A DNA stretch of 64,000 nucleotides, taken from Chrysemys picta bellii (taxonomy: Eukaryota). Below are positions 23,438-35,444 of this stretch, piece by piece. The DNA lies in NCBI RefSeq assembly GCF_011386835.1, contig NC_088791.1:94364001-94428000 (forward strand). Reading direction: 5' to 3'. The notes beneath the pieces are model-generated. The model did no database searches. It was not told the DNA's origin and worked only from the letters and a program-made list of their open reading frames with translations. Made by a program: the position numbers and the translations under genes. Positions within the stretch are counted from its first letter, which is position 1. Each line of letters starts with the position of its first letter.

Positions 23438-25699
23438 CCTGGATTTGCCCTGTCCTTTCTCACTACAGCTCCAGTCCCTCCCCCCACAACCCCCTGATGT
23501 CCTCTGGCCTGGATAATGGGTGCCCTAGCTCTTTTCCTCTGGAACTTCCTTTCATTGGTCTCTTTTCTTTCCCTATTGATGGTGCAATAGGACAGTGGCA
23601 TAGGGTATTGTGGGGGCCGAAATGGAGGAGGAAGGAAGCCAGTCACTTTTTAATGAGGAGAGGGAGTTCTATGCTTTTAAACTGATTACCTTGCATAGTG
23701 CTCTTTAAAATAAGCTTTGGGGATAAGGTGTTTGGAACACTCTGCTGATTCTTCCCCATACCCCCAATATCTTAAAGACTAATTGTGGTTGGACACTACT
23801 CCCTCCAGACTTAACAAAACTTCTTTGGATGGAAGGTGTCAAGCATGCTGCCTCCTCTCTGAAACAGTCTCTACCCCCAAAGCAAACTATGCTGGATACA
23901 TTTGCAAATCATGGGGGACTCTCAGGAAACTGTTGAACACTAGCAATGGTATGGTGCTCTGTAGAATCTCCTGTTTAGTGAGGGTATGTTCCAAGGGTTA
24001 GGGACAACCTATCTTTAAAGAAACTCTTGGGGTAGGTTGGGGGATTCTTCTCTAATGTTTTTAGGGACTTTTGTTATGCAGATGGCTTAGATGCTTCTTT
24101 GGATAGGGCAGGGCAGGCTGATTAGGGAGTAGAAGTAGTAACAAGTTTAGGCTGGTGCAGAAGCATCACATCTGGAGTGAGAGAGGCCACCGGAGGCTTG
24201 TAGGGGGTTTTCATTGGTGCGGTATATAACATCTTAATTGTACCTGTATGTGCACTTGTTAGTTCAGGAGCTGATTGCAGAGAAGGGAATAAAACTGAAG
24301 GTGTTTAAGAGGAAGGAGGGAGTCGTTTCCTCTTATTTTCCTCCTCTGGGGAAGACTAGCCATGGCCATGAGAGAGGAAGAAAGAGGGTGGAGAAACTCT
24401 TCTACAAATAAACTAGGAGTTACGCAAAGCAAAATCAAAGAGAGGCATTGCAATTCTAGATTTCTCTGCCTCCTGTCGTCATCAGCAGTTACTGGGAGAG
24501 ATGCGTACAGGGATCATGAGAGAGTCTTCCTGATGGTAAAGGCAGATTGGCTAGCATGGTAGCTGAACAAAGTACTTCGGTTTTGGCTGACAGACATTCC
24601 CCTGACTGCTGAGTCACCTCACCCTCTGTTCCCTCCTGCAGAGAAAAGTGACTAAGAGACAGGGAGACTCGAGTAGAATTCTTTCACTCAGTGTTTTTTC
24701 CTATGCCACCAGGTGCTGGGTGTAGTTTAATCATTCCTTCCGCAGCAGAAAGAGGAAAGGGTGAGTTTGGGATGAATTTCACACTACTATTGACTCTTCC
24801 TGGTCAAGATATGTTACGACTGTTTGTCTCATTTCCTAATGCACATGCTGTCCTCCTGGTTATAACAGCAAGTGTAGAACAGTGATGGAAACCACCCTGG
24901 GTAAGCCAGTGTCTGAAGCTAAACTTACAAACCACCAAAGCCTTCCCTTTGCAACAGAAAACAGAGGCCATGTGGCAACAGGACAAGAGTGATGGTGTGG
25001 TCAACCCTGGACATCCTACAGGCACCATGCTGCAGCCTCCTGACAACACATTGGCAGTGGCTCTTCTGCACATTCTACAGTCCAAACCCAATGTTTCTAT
25101 TTCTACAAGAGCCCTACTTCCTTCTTACCACCACATTCCAGTGACCAAAACCAGCTGGCAGAATTTTTAAACACATCACAAGCAGGAATTCTGCTTATGA
25201 CTTGAAGCCATTTTCTAAAAGGGAAGGGAAAAAAAATCAACAGCAAAAGAATTTTCTATGCTGATTAAAATCACACTTTGGAGAGACCCTGTTTGCTTGG
25301 AAGCCGCAAGCCAATGGATCAGTGCACAATATGCAAAGATGTTTTAAAAACATTGTAGGGCTGCCTCCCTATATTTGTATCTAATGTCACTGCTTAACCC
25401 CCAGGGAAAGGGTGTGATCCAGCTGCTCAGGAAAAGGGAAACTGTATGATCACATCCCTGGGGAATAGTGCTGTGGTGACAGAGGGAGGGGAAACAGACT
25501 AATCCCACTGCTTAGGAGTGGGGAAGCCCATGTTTGTTTTTTTGCTTGTTTGGTTTTGTTATAGCCTTGTCTTGGGTTTGTTTACAGAGATGTATTTTGT
25601 TTAACCAAATATTAAAAATGGAAAAATCTCCATATAAAGTGTCCTGTCACTTCTGTGTGTTCAGCTGAATTGTTCTGTAACATGGTATGTAAAGGAAAA

Positions 25700-25705
25700 A
25701 ATAAA
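25700..25705 (+). terminator. JOSD1: JOSD1 polyadenylation signal AATAAA
   Basis: UGUA motifs upstream and a GU/U-rich tract downstream; gives a 3'UTR of about 2.3 kb. Confidence 0.65.
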
Positions 25706-26035
25706 TTGTTCTTTGTTATGAAGTTGTGGCCTTCTTGGGAGAAACTACCTTCATCAAACTGCTTCTGAACTCTGATCCTGAACCATCTAGTTGACTATAG
25801 GTAACCCTAGGATACCACTCCTGAGACATTGCTAAGTTATCCAAAATTTCTTACCTATCTAAGCTGTCTTAAGGTGGAACCATCTCATCTCCCACCCCAT
25901 CACAGCTAACACTGTGTACATAAAACTAGAGGCTAACCACCCATCTGGGTGCAAAGCTGCAACATCTCTTCTAATTTTCCATTAGTATCTGGGGGGACAA
26001 GGGATGTCTATTAAACACACCATGTTTGGGTTGAA

Positions 26036-26041
26036 TTTATT
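26036..26041 (-). terminator. TOMM22: TOMM22 polyadenylation signal AATAAA (minus strand)
   Basis: TTTATT on the plus strand about 630 nt past the stop codon; UGUA upstream on the minus strand. Confidence 0.6.
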
Positions 26042-26672
26042 TAATACTTAATACAAAAAAGTATGCAGCTGATTTCCAAAATGTAGTTGTTTTATGATGC
26101 AAACAGAATCAGCTCTGTCTTTAACCAAATGTACTCCCCTTTCCTCCTCCAACAAAAGAAATTGCAAGGAAAATATTTGAAAACAAGTTTTCCCCACAGG
26201 GCTCAGATGAAACTTACTACCCTTTGTGATCCACTCTGCCTCTTGGTAAATACACGCCTTCCTTTCTATCGGTGGCCTCTTCTGCCCTTGATTTAGCCAG
26301 GAGAAATACAGGATTTTCTTTTGATTGCAGAATTTACTGAACAAACTGGCCAGAACCTAACTTGTGGCCTAAGGTAAGGAGTCCACAGCAGGAGCTTTTC
26401 ATTTTAAAGTCTCTAACTGCTTGCTGCATGGACTAATTGGATAAAAGGAAAAACTTGTGACCTCTGGAGGGGAAGCTACAGGGAGAAGCCCATCAAAAAA
26501 AAAAACGGTCCAGGAGAGGGGATTTTGCCCCATTATGGATAGGTCAGTGTCCTAAAGTTTAAAAAAAAAAAAAGGGGGGGGGGGGAAATGCCCACCCTGA
26601 CAAACCAACAGTTCAAATGAATCAATGTTGAGGTCTCTCCATGTGATATGGATCTGAAGCAGCTTTTGGAAG

Positions 26673-26747
26673 TTAGATCTTTCCAGAAAGTGGAGGCAGG
26701 GCCCCTGGCATACTTCCAGACAGCCCTGTAGTGGGTCCTAAGAGAAT
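26673..26747 (-). CDS. TOMM22: TOMM22 exon 4 (ILLGPTTGLSGSMPGALPPLSGKI*)
   Basis: TTGCAG acceptor; TAA stop; resembles the human C-terminus; not present in the ORF track. Confidence 0.95.
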   Translation of the reverse strand: MLLGPTTGLSGSMPGALPPLSGKI

Positions 26748-26884
26748 CTGCAAGAGATGATACTGGGTTAAAAAAAACTATTCAAATTAACTATAAAGAT
26801 TGAAAACAGCATAGCACCCCTCCCTCCCTGCCCCCAGAGTTCCAGTAAGGAGAAGGTTTAGCACCTCCAATAATAAGGGCTCCA

Positions 26885-27485
26885 CATTTGTGACTGGGCA
26901 ACAAAATGGTAGATGAAATTCAGTGTTGATAAATGCAAAGTAATGCATATTGGAAAACAATCTCAACTATACATACAACATGATGGGGACTAAATTAGCT
27001 GTTACCATTCAAGAAAGATCTTGGAGTCATGGATAGTTCTCTGAAAACATGCATTCAATGGGTGCAGCAGCAGACAAAAAAAGCTAACAATGTTATGTGG
27101 AGAGATTAAAAAGATTGGGACTGTTCAGCTCAGAAAAGAGACAATAGAGGTCTATAAAATCATGAACGGTGAGGAGAAAATGAATAAGGAAGTGTTATTT
27201 ACCACTTCGCATAACCCCCAAATCAGCGGTCACCCAATGCAATTAATAGGCAGCAGGTTTAAAACAAAAGGAAGTACTTCACACAACACACAGTCAGTCT
27301 ATGGAAATTGTTGCCAGGGGATGTTGTGAAGGGCAAAAGTATAATTGGGACAACGGGGAATGGATCACTCAATTGCCTTGTTCTGTTTATTCCCTCCAAA
27401 GCATTTGGCATTGGCCACTGTCGGAAGACAGGATACTGGGCTAGATGGACCATTGGTCTGGCCCAGTATGGCCGTTCTTATGTTT
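26885..27485 (+). mobile_element. Decayed CR1 3' region with internal deletions
   Basis: DKCKVMHIG-like text, EVYKIMNGEEKMNKEVLF, TTCTTATG tail. Confidence 0.85.
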
Positions 27486-27720
27486 TTAACTCACTCTGCA
27501 GGGCTGAGAGTGCAATACTCCTGTCACTTTGCAATACCATTCCCCCTCTGCTATGACAGCTAACTTAACTGCTGTAGACTTATTCAGATAGCAAAGGGAA
27601 AAGAAGACATCTCACCCTAGTACTCTTAGTCAAGGGTATCAAACGTGGCCCATGAGCTGTATCAGGCCTATGATGTATTTGATGGCTGCATGATATACTC
27701 AGGTTGTGCAGAATCTAAAC

Positions 27721-28027
27721 CAGTGGTGGGCAACCTACGGGCCGCACGCAGCCCATCAGGGTAATCCGCTGGCGGACCACGAGACAGTGTTTACATTGAC
27801 CGTCCACAGACACGGCTGTTCACAGTTCCCGGCCAATGGGAGCTGTGGGAAGTGGCGGCCAGTACGTCCCTGTGGCCCCACGCCGCTTCCCGTAGCGCCC
27901 ATTGTCTGGGAACGGCAAACCACAGCCACTGGGAGCTGCGGGTTGCTGGGCCTGTGGACGGTCAATGTAAACAGTCTTGTGGCCCGCCAGTGGATTGCCC
28001 TGAAGGGCCAAAGTTTGCCCACCACTG
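27721..28027. mobile_element. hAT-Charlie MITE with an internal inverted repeat
   Basis: TIR CAGTGGTGGGCAA / TTGCCCACCACTG; internal GTTTACATTGACCGTCCACAG and its reverse complement. Confidence 0.85.
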
Positions 28028-28059
28028 ATTTAAGAGCTCTTCCCCCACACTCCAGCCTA

Positions 28060-28392
28060 AGTTCCCTCTAAGCTGTGCGGCTACGCAGCAGGCTATCAAG
28101 GTCTATGCAGGCATGCAGCGGGGAAAGGCTCTCTTGCCCAGCCCCAGGCTGCTGTGGCGTCCTCTCTCCCCACCACAGCCCCAAGGCAGCCTGTACCCCA
28201 AACCCCTGATCCCTGGCTCCACTACAGAGCCCACATCTCCAGCCAGAGCCCTTTGCCCCTCCACCCCCACTCCTAAGCCTCCTCCCACACTCCGAACTCC
28301 TCGGACCCACCCCCGCCATACATCACCTCTATATTGGTGCACATAACAAAATTCATTCCGCACATAGATGTAAAAAATGAGAGGGAACATTG
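28060..28392. mobile_element. hAT-like MITE (GTTCCCTCT...AGAGGGAAC termini)
   Basis: 9-bp terminal inverted match; C-rich core. Confidence 0.6.
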
Positions 28393-29032
28393 CCCCCAGC
28401 CCAAATCAGCTTTTAGCCCTCACTGCTGCAAAGAGCACCTTCCACATAATAACTAAATGTCAGCTGCCTGAATCTGCAGAGAGCTTGGAACAATGAGTCA
28501 GAGTGATGAATTCCCCTTCCCCCTTTTAATCTGATTGAAGTAGCCACTGTAAAAATCCAGTGATGACATGCCAACGTCAGCATTAACTGATAACTCTAGC
28601 AGATGGAATGGGGTAGTGGGTGCGAGTGCAGCCTTGAGGGGAGAGAGTTGCTAGGAATAAAAAAATGAATAAAAACTTTAGTTACTACATAAAAGCTATA
28701 TTGCCCCTTTGATCTCTGTGTGAACCTCCCACTGACATCAGTGGGATTTGTGCTGTGGATTGAGGATAATATGCCATCCTGAATTTATGCCCTGGCCCAC
28801 GGACCATAATTGAACATTAAATCAAGCCCTGTCCTCTCTGCTAAATGAGTTTGAAACTGCTGGTATTAGAAAAAGAATGGGGGGAATCCTGGTGACTCAA
28901 GCAAGACAAGGTTTATGAAGCCCCCAAAACCCCATCATCATCTGCTAATCTCTATGTTGCAAGGCAACCAAAGAGTATTAGCCTGTGTTCATGGATTGCA
29001 ATGGAGAAAGGGTCTTGAGGTTTCAGGCTCAC

Positions 29033-29150
29033 CTGTCGCTGCTGCAGCTGCTGCTGTTGCTCCATCTGCAGTTTCTCAGTTTCAAATACAACAGGAAGAA
29101 CGAGGATCATGAAGGAGGTACTCCCAATCCACAAAGCTGCCCTGGAGAAT
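29033..29150 (-). CDS. TOMM22: TOMM22 exon 3 (transmembrane segment ALWIGSTSFMILVLPVVFETE and Q-rich tail)
   Basis: CTAG acceptor, CAG|GTGAGC donor, 118 nt. Confidence 0.96.
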
Positions 29151-29634
29151 CTAGAGAGAAAAAATAATCATGACAGAAAAATCTTGTTTTCCCTTCTCCT
29201 TTTATATGGGACAGCCCCCTGTTCCCCTCCTGCCTCTACAAAGGGAGGACCAAGAGAAACTCCCATACAGCTCTGCCTGGGTACCTCAATCCTGATTTGG
29301 ACTAATTTTTGATATTCCAGTGTTGCACACTCCACGTAGCTCTGCCAAAGTACCTGAACCTAATCTGTAGTCGCCTTTGCTATGCCAGTCCCGGCTCCCA
29401 TACTCTGCTGTATGCTTTAGCAGGATGTGTAGCGTTACTACACACACCTTCAGCACAATCTGCGCTGCCCACTGACGCTCGCACACAAACCCAACAACCG
29501 GTGGCAGGGGCAGAGAACGCAGCACCGGCAGCGCGGTATCTGATTGGTGACCTGAACAAAGCCACGCGGCTCCGACAACCCGCCCCCGCCCGGGACAGCC
29601 AGACCCAGCCACGCCCCCGGCGCCGCCTTCTCAC

Positions 29635-29753
29635 CGGTACATTCTCTGGGCCACAGAGAGGGACAGATCGAAGGTAGCTCCCGCCGCGGTCCGGACGCTC
29701 TCCGGGAACATCTCGGTCAGGCCCCAGAGCCGCTCGCTCAGGGTCTCGTCCAG
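29635..29753 (-). CDS. TOMM22: TOMM22 exon 2 (LDETLSERLWGLTEMFPESVRTAAGATFDLSLSVAQRMY)
   Basis: CCCAG acceptor, CG|GTGAGA donor, 119 nt. Confidence 0.96.
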
Positions 29754-29898
29754 CTGGGGGAGGACAGGCTCGGAGTCAGACCCGTGAGATGCCGCTGGGA
29801 ACGGCCCCTGCCCTGCGCCCCCCACGCCCGGGGTCACCCCAGCCTCGCACATGGAGCCCGCGGACGGCTCCGCTCCCCCTGCTCCGCCACCCCGGTAC

Positions 29899-30000
29899 CT
29901 CGTCGTCGTCCTCCAGCTCCTCCTCCAGCTCCTCCGCCTGGCCCGGGCCGCTCTTGGGCAGCAGCAGCTCCTCGGCGGACAGGGGCGACGCGGCGGCCAT
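29899..30000 (-). CDS. TOMM22: TOMM22 exon 1 (MAAASPLSAEELLLPK...EELEDDDE), acidic presequence receptor region
   Basis: gccATGG Kozak; GAG|GTACC donor; total CDS 414 nt = 137 aa. Confidence 0.94.
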
Positions 30001-30554
30001 GGCTGCAACCAGGACAGAGGGGGAGACACCGGAACCGGAAGAGAGCCGACGAGATGGAGGCCCGGGCAGCGGACAGAGAGACACCGAAAGGGAGGCGAGC
30101 GACAGTCACGCGGGAGGGGGTGAGAGCGGCCTCTAGTGGTCAACCTCCCCCCTAGCGGCCTCTGCTGCCCAGTTCTGCAACTCCATCAGGGCAAGGGGCC
30201 CTCGCCTGCGCCCCAGCCTAGCTGCTCTCTCCCATGCTCCATCGCTGCTGCCCCACACCCGCTGCACAGCCCCTAGCCTTGCCTTTCCTCTCCACCTCTT
30301 CCATCTATCAGTAACTCCTAGGTGGCCTCCTCCATTGCCCACTGCTTCCTGGTCCCTCTGCTTCTAAAGGCTCATGTCCCTAGTTTAACCCTGCAGGTAA
30401 CAGGCTCTTGCCCTGACACCTTGTGAAGTGGGTATGCAGAGGGAAAATTAGACCCCGGCCCTCCCCCACTTGCTCATCTCCTCTGCTGCGGAAGGAAATG
30501 ACCAGTAGTTGTGCCATGGCCCGTGGAGGAAGGGCATAATACATCTCTGTGAGA

Positions 30555-30800
30555 TGGAGGCAATGTTGAGTTAGTGTATAGGGCACTGACGTAGGACTCA
30601 AGAGACTGGCTTTCTATTCCCAGATCTGCCACTGACCTGCTGTGTGACCTTAAATGAATCACTCCACCTGTTTCCCCTCTTACCCTTTGTCTATCCTATG
30701 TAATCAGACTGTAAACTCTTCAGGGCAAGGACTGTTTCTCACTACATGTCTGTGCAGCGTCTAGCCCTCTGGGGCCTGCTTTCAGTTAGGACTTATAGGT
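30555..30800 (+). mobile_element. MIR-like CORE-SINE plus L2-type tail
   Basis: TCTATTCCCAGATCTGCCACTGACCTGCTGTGTGACCTT core. Confidence 0.65.
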
Positions 30801-30805
30801 GCCCT

Positions 30806-30832
30806 ATATATATATATATGTGTGTGTGTGTA
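30806..30832. repeat. (TA)n(TG)n microsatellite just downstream of the CBY1 3' end
   Basis: tatatatatatatatgtgtgtgtgtgt read directly. Confidence 0.9.
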
Positions 30833-30897
30833 CACATGTGCCTGTAACCTGATCCCGACCTTCGCAAGAATGTAACTGATTCACAAATGTGATTTGT

Positions 30898-30903
30898 TTT
30901 AAT
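30898..30903 (-). terminator. CBY1: Probable CBY1 polyadenylation signal ATTAAA
   Basis: TTTAAT on plus strand; UGUA motifs upstream on the minus strand; about 760 nt past the stop. Confidence 0.45.
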
Positions 30904-31663
30904 TTTATACAATTTTTTAAATTTGTTTTCATTTTATACAAACGTAAGAAACACTCAGGAGAACAAACAATTCCAGAAACCCACCTGCCAACAGCAGGAA
31001 GCAGAGTTAATGGTTTGTACAAAAATAATAATAATAAATATCTGAAAATGGAAAGACTATTTTAGTTTAGGATGTTATTTGATTTTTAGAACAGGAGTCA
31101 GGGGAAGGACCAATCTGCAGCTTGTGAGATATTCGCAAGGAGACCCATTCAGAATCTGCAAACCAGAGAGACTAAGGCCATGCACATATACAAAGACATC
31201 TTCCCTACCATCCACTCATAAATACTCCTCTGCTCACAGTATAGAAAGGACTCTTGCCCAGCACTCCTTGAGAAAACAGATTATCAACATATGCTTCCAT
31301 CAACGGCTCTGTGCCTTGAGTGGCAGGTCTATAGAGGAAAAGAAGTGTGGAGTGGTCTGGGAGAAACAGATGTTCATCACTACAGAACATGTCCTACAGT
31401 GACTTATCAAGAGCATTGCAGCAGCTCTATGGAGTAGTATAGTAGATCCTTCTGATTGGAGGCCCCATTAACATTTCAAGCCTGGGAACTTGGCTACCTG
31501 TCCAGCGGACAGTAATATCACCAAGTGCTACCAAGACAATGAAGCTGCCCCAGCCAGGCTTTAGGAGCCCTTCAGCTTTAGGAGCCCTGCTTGCAGGGGT
31601 GACGGAGAATTCAAACCAAATTCCCTTGCTTGCCTGTCCCCTAACCCCGTTTCTTGCTGTTGT

Positions 31664-31744
31664 TCACTTCCTCCTCCGGCTGTGACTCTTCAGGTCCTCC
31701 AGCTCCTTCTCCATCAGATGGGACTCAGCTGTGGTCTCAGAGAG
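31664..31744 (-). CDS. CBY1: CBY1 last coding exon (LSETTAESHLMEKELEDLKSHSRRRK*)
   Basis: TTGCAG acceptor; TGA stop; resembles the human C-terminus including the basic NLS. Confidence 0.95.
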   Translation of the reverse strand, partial: LSETTAESHLMEKELEDLKSHSRRRK

Positions 31745-32269
31745 CTGCAACCAAAAGCAGGCAAGAATAAGAGTAAGAATAATCCCTCACATTCCCATGG
31801 AGTATTGTTTTTATAAGACATACACCAGAACAAGGAAAGTACTATCTAACTTATATCTCTGAAGTCCCTTCAACCCAGCAGGATCCCTAAGCACTTTACA
31901 GACATACACTACAGATACACAGGCACCTTTGGGGTGGAACTCAGCAGGTTCTGAGTCTGTAACATACTATACAACAGCTTTAGGAAGAAGTGAGAAAGAG
32001 TTTCCCCAATTAATACTTTGGATTTCACAGCATACTGTGTCCAAAGACCTTGCGTGAGGGTAGAGAAATATCACTCATTTTACAGAGAGGGAAACCGAGG
32101 CACAAAGGTTCACTGAGTTGCCCAAGGCCACCCAGAAACTCTATGGAGAGCACAGATCTCCTGACTGTGCTTTAACCACAAAAACATCTTTCCAACTGAA
32201 ACTGCAGAAGGAATTTAGGGAAGGAGAATGTAATTACCCAAATTGCTATTTCGTCAGGATGACATAACG

Positions 32270-32924
32270 CAGGGGTGGCCAAATCGCAGCTCTTTTAGAG
32301 TTAAAGTGCAGCTCACAGAGCCCCCCACAACACTTCCATTCTCCACCTACCAGATGGGGGGTGGAGCGGTGCGGCTTGGGGCTTCTGCTATAGACAACTG
32401 GTGCCTGAGAGCGGGGGGGGGGGGGGGGGGGGTGTCACAATTTAAAGGTTCACCCCCCCTCCCAACAGCTTGAGTCACGCCCTCCCAGGCACACCTCCCT
32501 CTGAACCTTAGGGGTTCTCCCTGAAACTCCCAGCTGTATGTCACTGCCTCTTCCCCATGGCTGCAGCTCCCAGCTTGCCAGCTCCAGCAGCTGCTGTGCA
32601 GGGAGAGGGGCCCAAAGGCACCATGTGACCGAGCAGGATCAGCAAATCCTAGCAAAGATCTGGGGGGGGGGGGGGCATGTGACCCCCACGTACCCCCCTC
32701 CTGCGCACTGCCTCTGGCTTCTGTCCAGCAGGAAGGGGGAGTCTCAGGGCTTCAACCCCATGGAGTGCACCTGCCAGGGCTTGGGGCTTCAGCAGGACCG
32801 GGCTGAAATCCTGAGACCCTGCCGCAGGGCAGAAGCCCCTATCCCCAGCAGGCGCACCTCAGCTCTTGAACTTCTGAAGATTGACGTACGTGACTTGGAA
32901 GCTCAGTAAATTTGGCCGCCCCTG
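32270..32924. mobile_element. hAT-Charlie non-autonomous element
   Basis: TIR CAGGGGTGGCCAAAT / ATTTGGCCGCCCCTG; TSD acataacg/acatagtg (6 of 8). Confidence 0.82.
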
Positions 32925-33577
32925 ACATAGTGGTTAACATTCTTACTTTGTTAAATAGTTACCATGTTTCACTCCAGGAGTGGCTGCATTTTTTTCATGG
33001 AAGCGGTGATCCCTGTGTATGGCTGTATTTCAGTTTATAATGGTCTTTGGGGTAAAAGACTATATGGAGATGAACGATCTTTTTCATTACTCTTGCAAAA
33101 AGGGAGGCCTTATGGAACCTAAGATCTCAAGTGACCATGAATGGTCAAGGTCTTCATTTCACTGACTGTGCGGAAGCCCAACAGTGACAAGCAGATGCTA
33201 GAAGGGAGATGAGAAGAAGATACTAATGTACCAATAGAAAGTGGAAAACACTCAAGTATGGGGGAAGTCTTCCCATATCATCCAGATGTTCAGGCCCCTC
33301 CTTTCAAATATGGTACTCACTGTAATCCAGCTCTTCTGCTGAAGGGACCTTGACCACCTCCTCCTCTTGGGGAAGGAAGTGGATGAAGTCAGTTTTCACT
33401 CTTGCACAATCACTACCGTTGTTAAGTGTGCCTAACAGCGAGGTAGGGCTCAGTGGGAATGGGAGCAGGGACACAGGTTGGCATTAGGATCTGTGTTTTT
33501 GGGATGACCCAGAGCTCTTCACTCTGTCTCGGGGGCATTTCTGGTCACTTCAGAGAAGTGAATCTTCCCATCCTCAC

Positions 33578-33693
33578 CATGTCCAGCAGGATATCCACTT
33601 TCAGACGCAGGAGATTGTTTTCTTCCTCCAACTGCTGGTTCCGCTTGCGCAGGCGCTGTGTCTCCCTGCGATCCCCACTGCTGCTCCCTGACT
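33578..33693 (-). CDS. CBY1: CBY1 coding exon 3 (coiled coil RRETQRLRKRNQQLEEENNLLRLKVDILLDM)
   Basis: TTTAG acceptor, ATG|GTGAGG donor, 116 nt. Confidence 0.95.
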
Positions 33694-33776
33694 CTAAAGG
33701 AGAGACAGTCCAAAGTTATAATCATCAGGTAACTCCACAATCCTCCCAGACCAAAGCAACAGGAGCAGCTCCTCAC

Positions 33777-33882
33777 CTGCTATCCATTGGCCATTCTCAA
33801 ACTTCAGACTCTGTCCAGTGAGGTTCATGTTGGGAGTGCCATAGTCCAGGCCCAGCTCAATTTCACGAGTCGATCTGTCCAG
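33777..33882 (-). CDS. CBY1: CBY1 coding exon 2 (LDRSTREIELGLDYGTPNMNLTGQSLKFENGQWIA)
   Basis: TGCAG acceptor, G|GTGAGG donor, 106 nt. Confidence 0.96.
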
Positions 33883-34505
33883 CTGCAGAAAGAATTCAAT
33901 GTTTTCTAGAATTTTCATTTTTTCTCTCCATACTTTCCCTCACACCTTCACTTTTCCTAAAGTGACTGGCATTCTTGTGAAAGGTGCTGTACCAGTGGCC
34001 ATAGAATCTGACGTCCTATTATTAACATTGCACATGCTTCTGCAGTACAAGCTTCTGTCTCACACACACCTATACAGAGTCTCCTTCCAACATACGTCAC
34101 CCCTGAACTAAAAGAGCTATCTTTAGGGATATGAGGGGAGTTCATTCTCCGGGGCCTACTTTATCTTTGGTGACAACTGTAAGGAAAGTCCCTGCCCCAC
34201 TGTGGTCAGTATTAAAAGCACACAGAAGTTTCAGGTGCAGTGAATCCGGCTTCTGAATGAAGATGGAGTGAAGTATGCCACTAACTAAACATTCCACTCC
34301 TGCTCTCATTATCCAGCCATCAGTAAGCAGTCATGATTCTGGACCAGAAGAGGAAGGAGAAACAGATGGGAATATAAGAGAGGAGGGGTGGGGGAAAGTG
34401 TCTAATATTGTGACAACTCTCATGACAAAGTAACATTTCTAAGGCAGACCACCTGCCCCTTGTTATTAAAGGGTTGATAGAAGATCCCTAGAACCCAGTA
34501 CTTAC

Positions 34506-34583
34506 CGAGTGCAGGTTGGAGAGAGAGGCTGATTTCCTAGGAGGAGTTTTCTTTGGACTGAAGGTGTTCCCAAAGAGAGGCAT
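34506..34583 (-). CDS. CBY1: CBY1 coding exon 1 (MPLFGNTFSPKKTPPRKSASLSNLHS, 14-3-3 binding motif RKSASLS)
   Basis: gccATG; TCG|GTAAG donor; exon probably begins at 34625; total CDS 381 nt = 126 aa. Confidence 0.96.
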
Positions 34584-35444
34584 GGCTTTCCAATCTCCAA
34601 GCCTGCTCACCTCTGCTGCCCTGCCCTGTTTTCCAGATACAAGGATAAAACATAGAAAAAAAAACCCCTCAGACGTTTCTTATCTATCCAACCTCACACC
34701 GCAGGATGATTCCCTATGGAATACTTAGGATTTCCAGTTTGTTGGTTCCAATTTTCAGTATTTATGCTTAGACAAATTATGGCCTTTAAAAAAGTAAAAT
34801 GATAGGATATATTTAAAATCACTGTTTAACTCTTCTTAAGACCTAGGGATGAGCCCTCAGTGAGCGAGAATCTTTTAAGCTCTCTCTAGAAAGTGTCTTC
34901 TTGAGTGTACATATTGTAATTTTAGAGTATTTTCAGTTACTATTTTATAGAAACCTACTGGTTTCCTCAAATATTTGATCAGCTGGGGATTTTATCGATT
35001 TTAATCAGTTGTACTCTAAAACCAGAAGCCCCAAGTACATTTTCAGAGCTTTGTTCAGTCCCACTTTAAAAAGAACAAAACTTCTATATGAAGCATTCAC
35101 CCCGGAATAGTCTCATCTGCCTGTAGTAAGTAGTCCCTTTAAAGGGATGTCGTCACTGCATGGTTAACCCAGCCTCTTACCTGGGTTTTAGTTCTAAACC
35201 CCATGCTGTCACCACAATAAAACCTTTGACCTGCTTTTGGAGTGGCTTTGAATCCAGATTTGCTTGCCTGACTGGGGGTTAAAGCTTGGGTTCTGCTTTA
35301 ACTCAGGCTGTGACACACCCACTCTGCAGTATGAATGCAAACTGTAACCCAGGTTACATAATTTAGGTACTACTAATCCTTCAGTGCCTTCCCGTAATTC
35401 CCCAGGATTGGATTTTCTTCACCTTCTATGCAGGGCAGAGATTG

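Larger units (their letters stand above)
29500..30300 (-). promoter_or_regulatory. TOMM22: TOMM22 CpG island with tandem ETS/GABP cores (CCGGAACCGGAAG, 30029-30041)
   Basis: CpG-rich; tandem CCGGAA motifs just upstream of the ATG. Confidence 0.7.

Noticed and set aside
28555-28600. C/D-box snoRNA (TGATGA...CTGA)
   Set aside because: The motifs are on the plus strand, antisense to host TOMM22, spaced too closely and lack a terminal stem
33519-33577. Read-through of CBY1 exon 3 as an alternative C-terminus (VRMGRFTSLK*)
   Set aside because: A consensus ATG|GTGAGG donor and a well-conserved terminal exon at 31664-31744 explain the gene; there is no evidence for the read-through form
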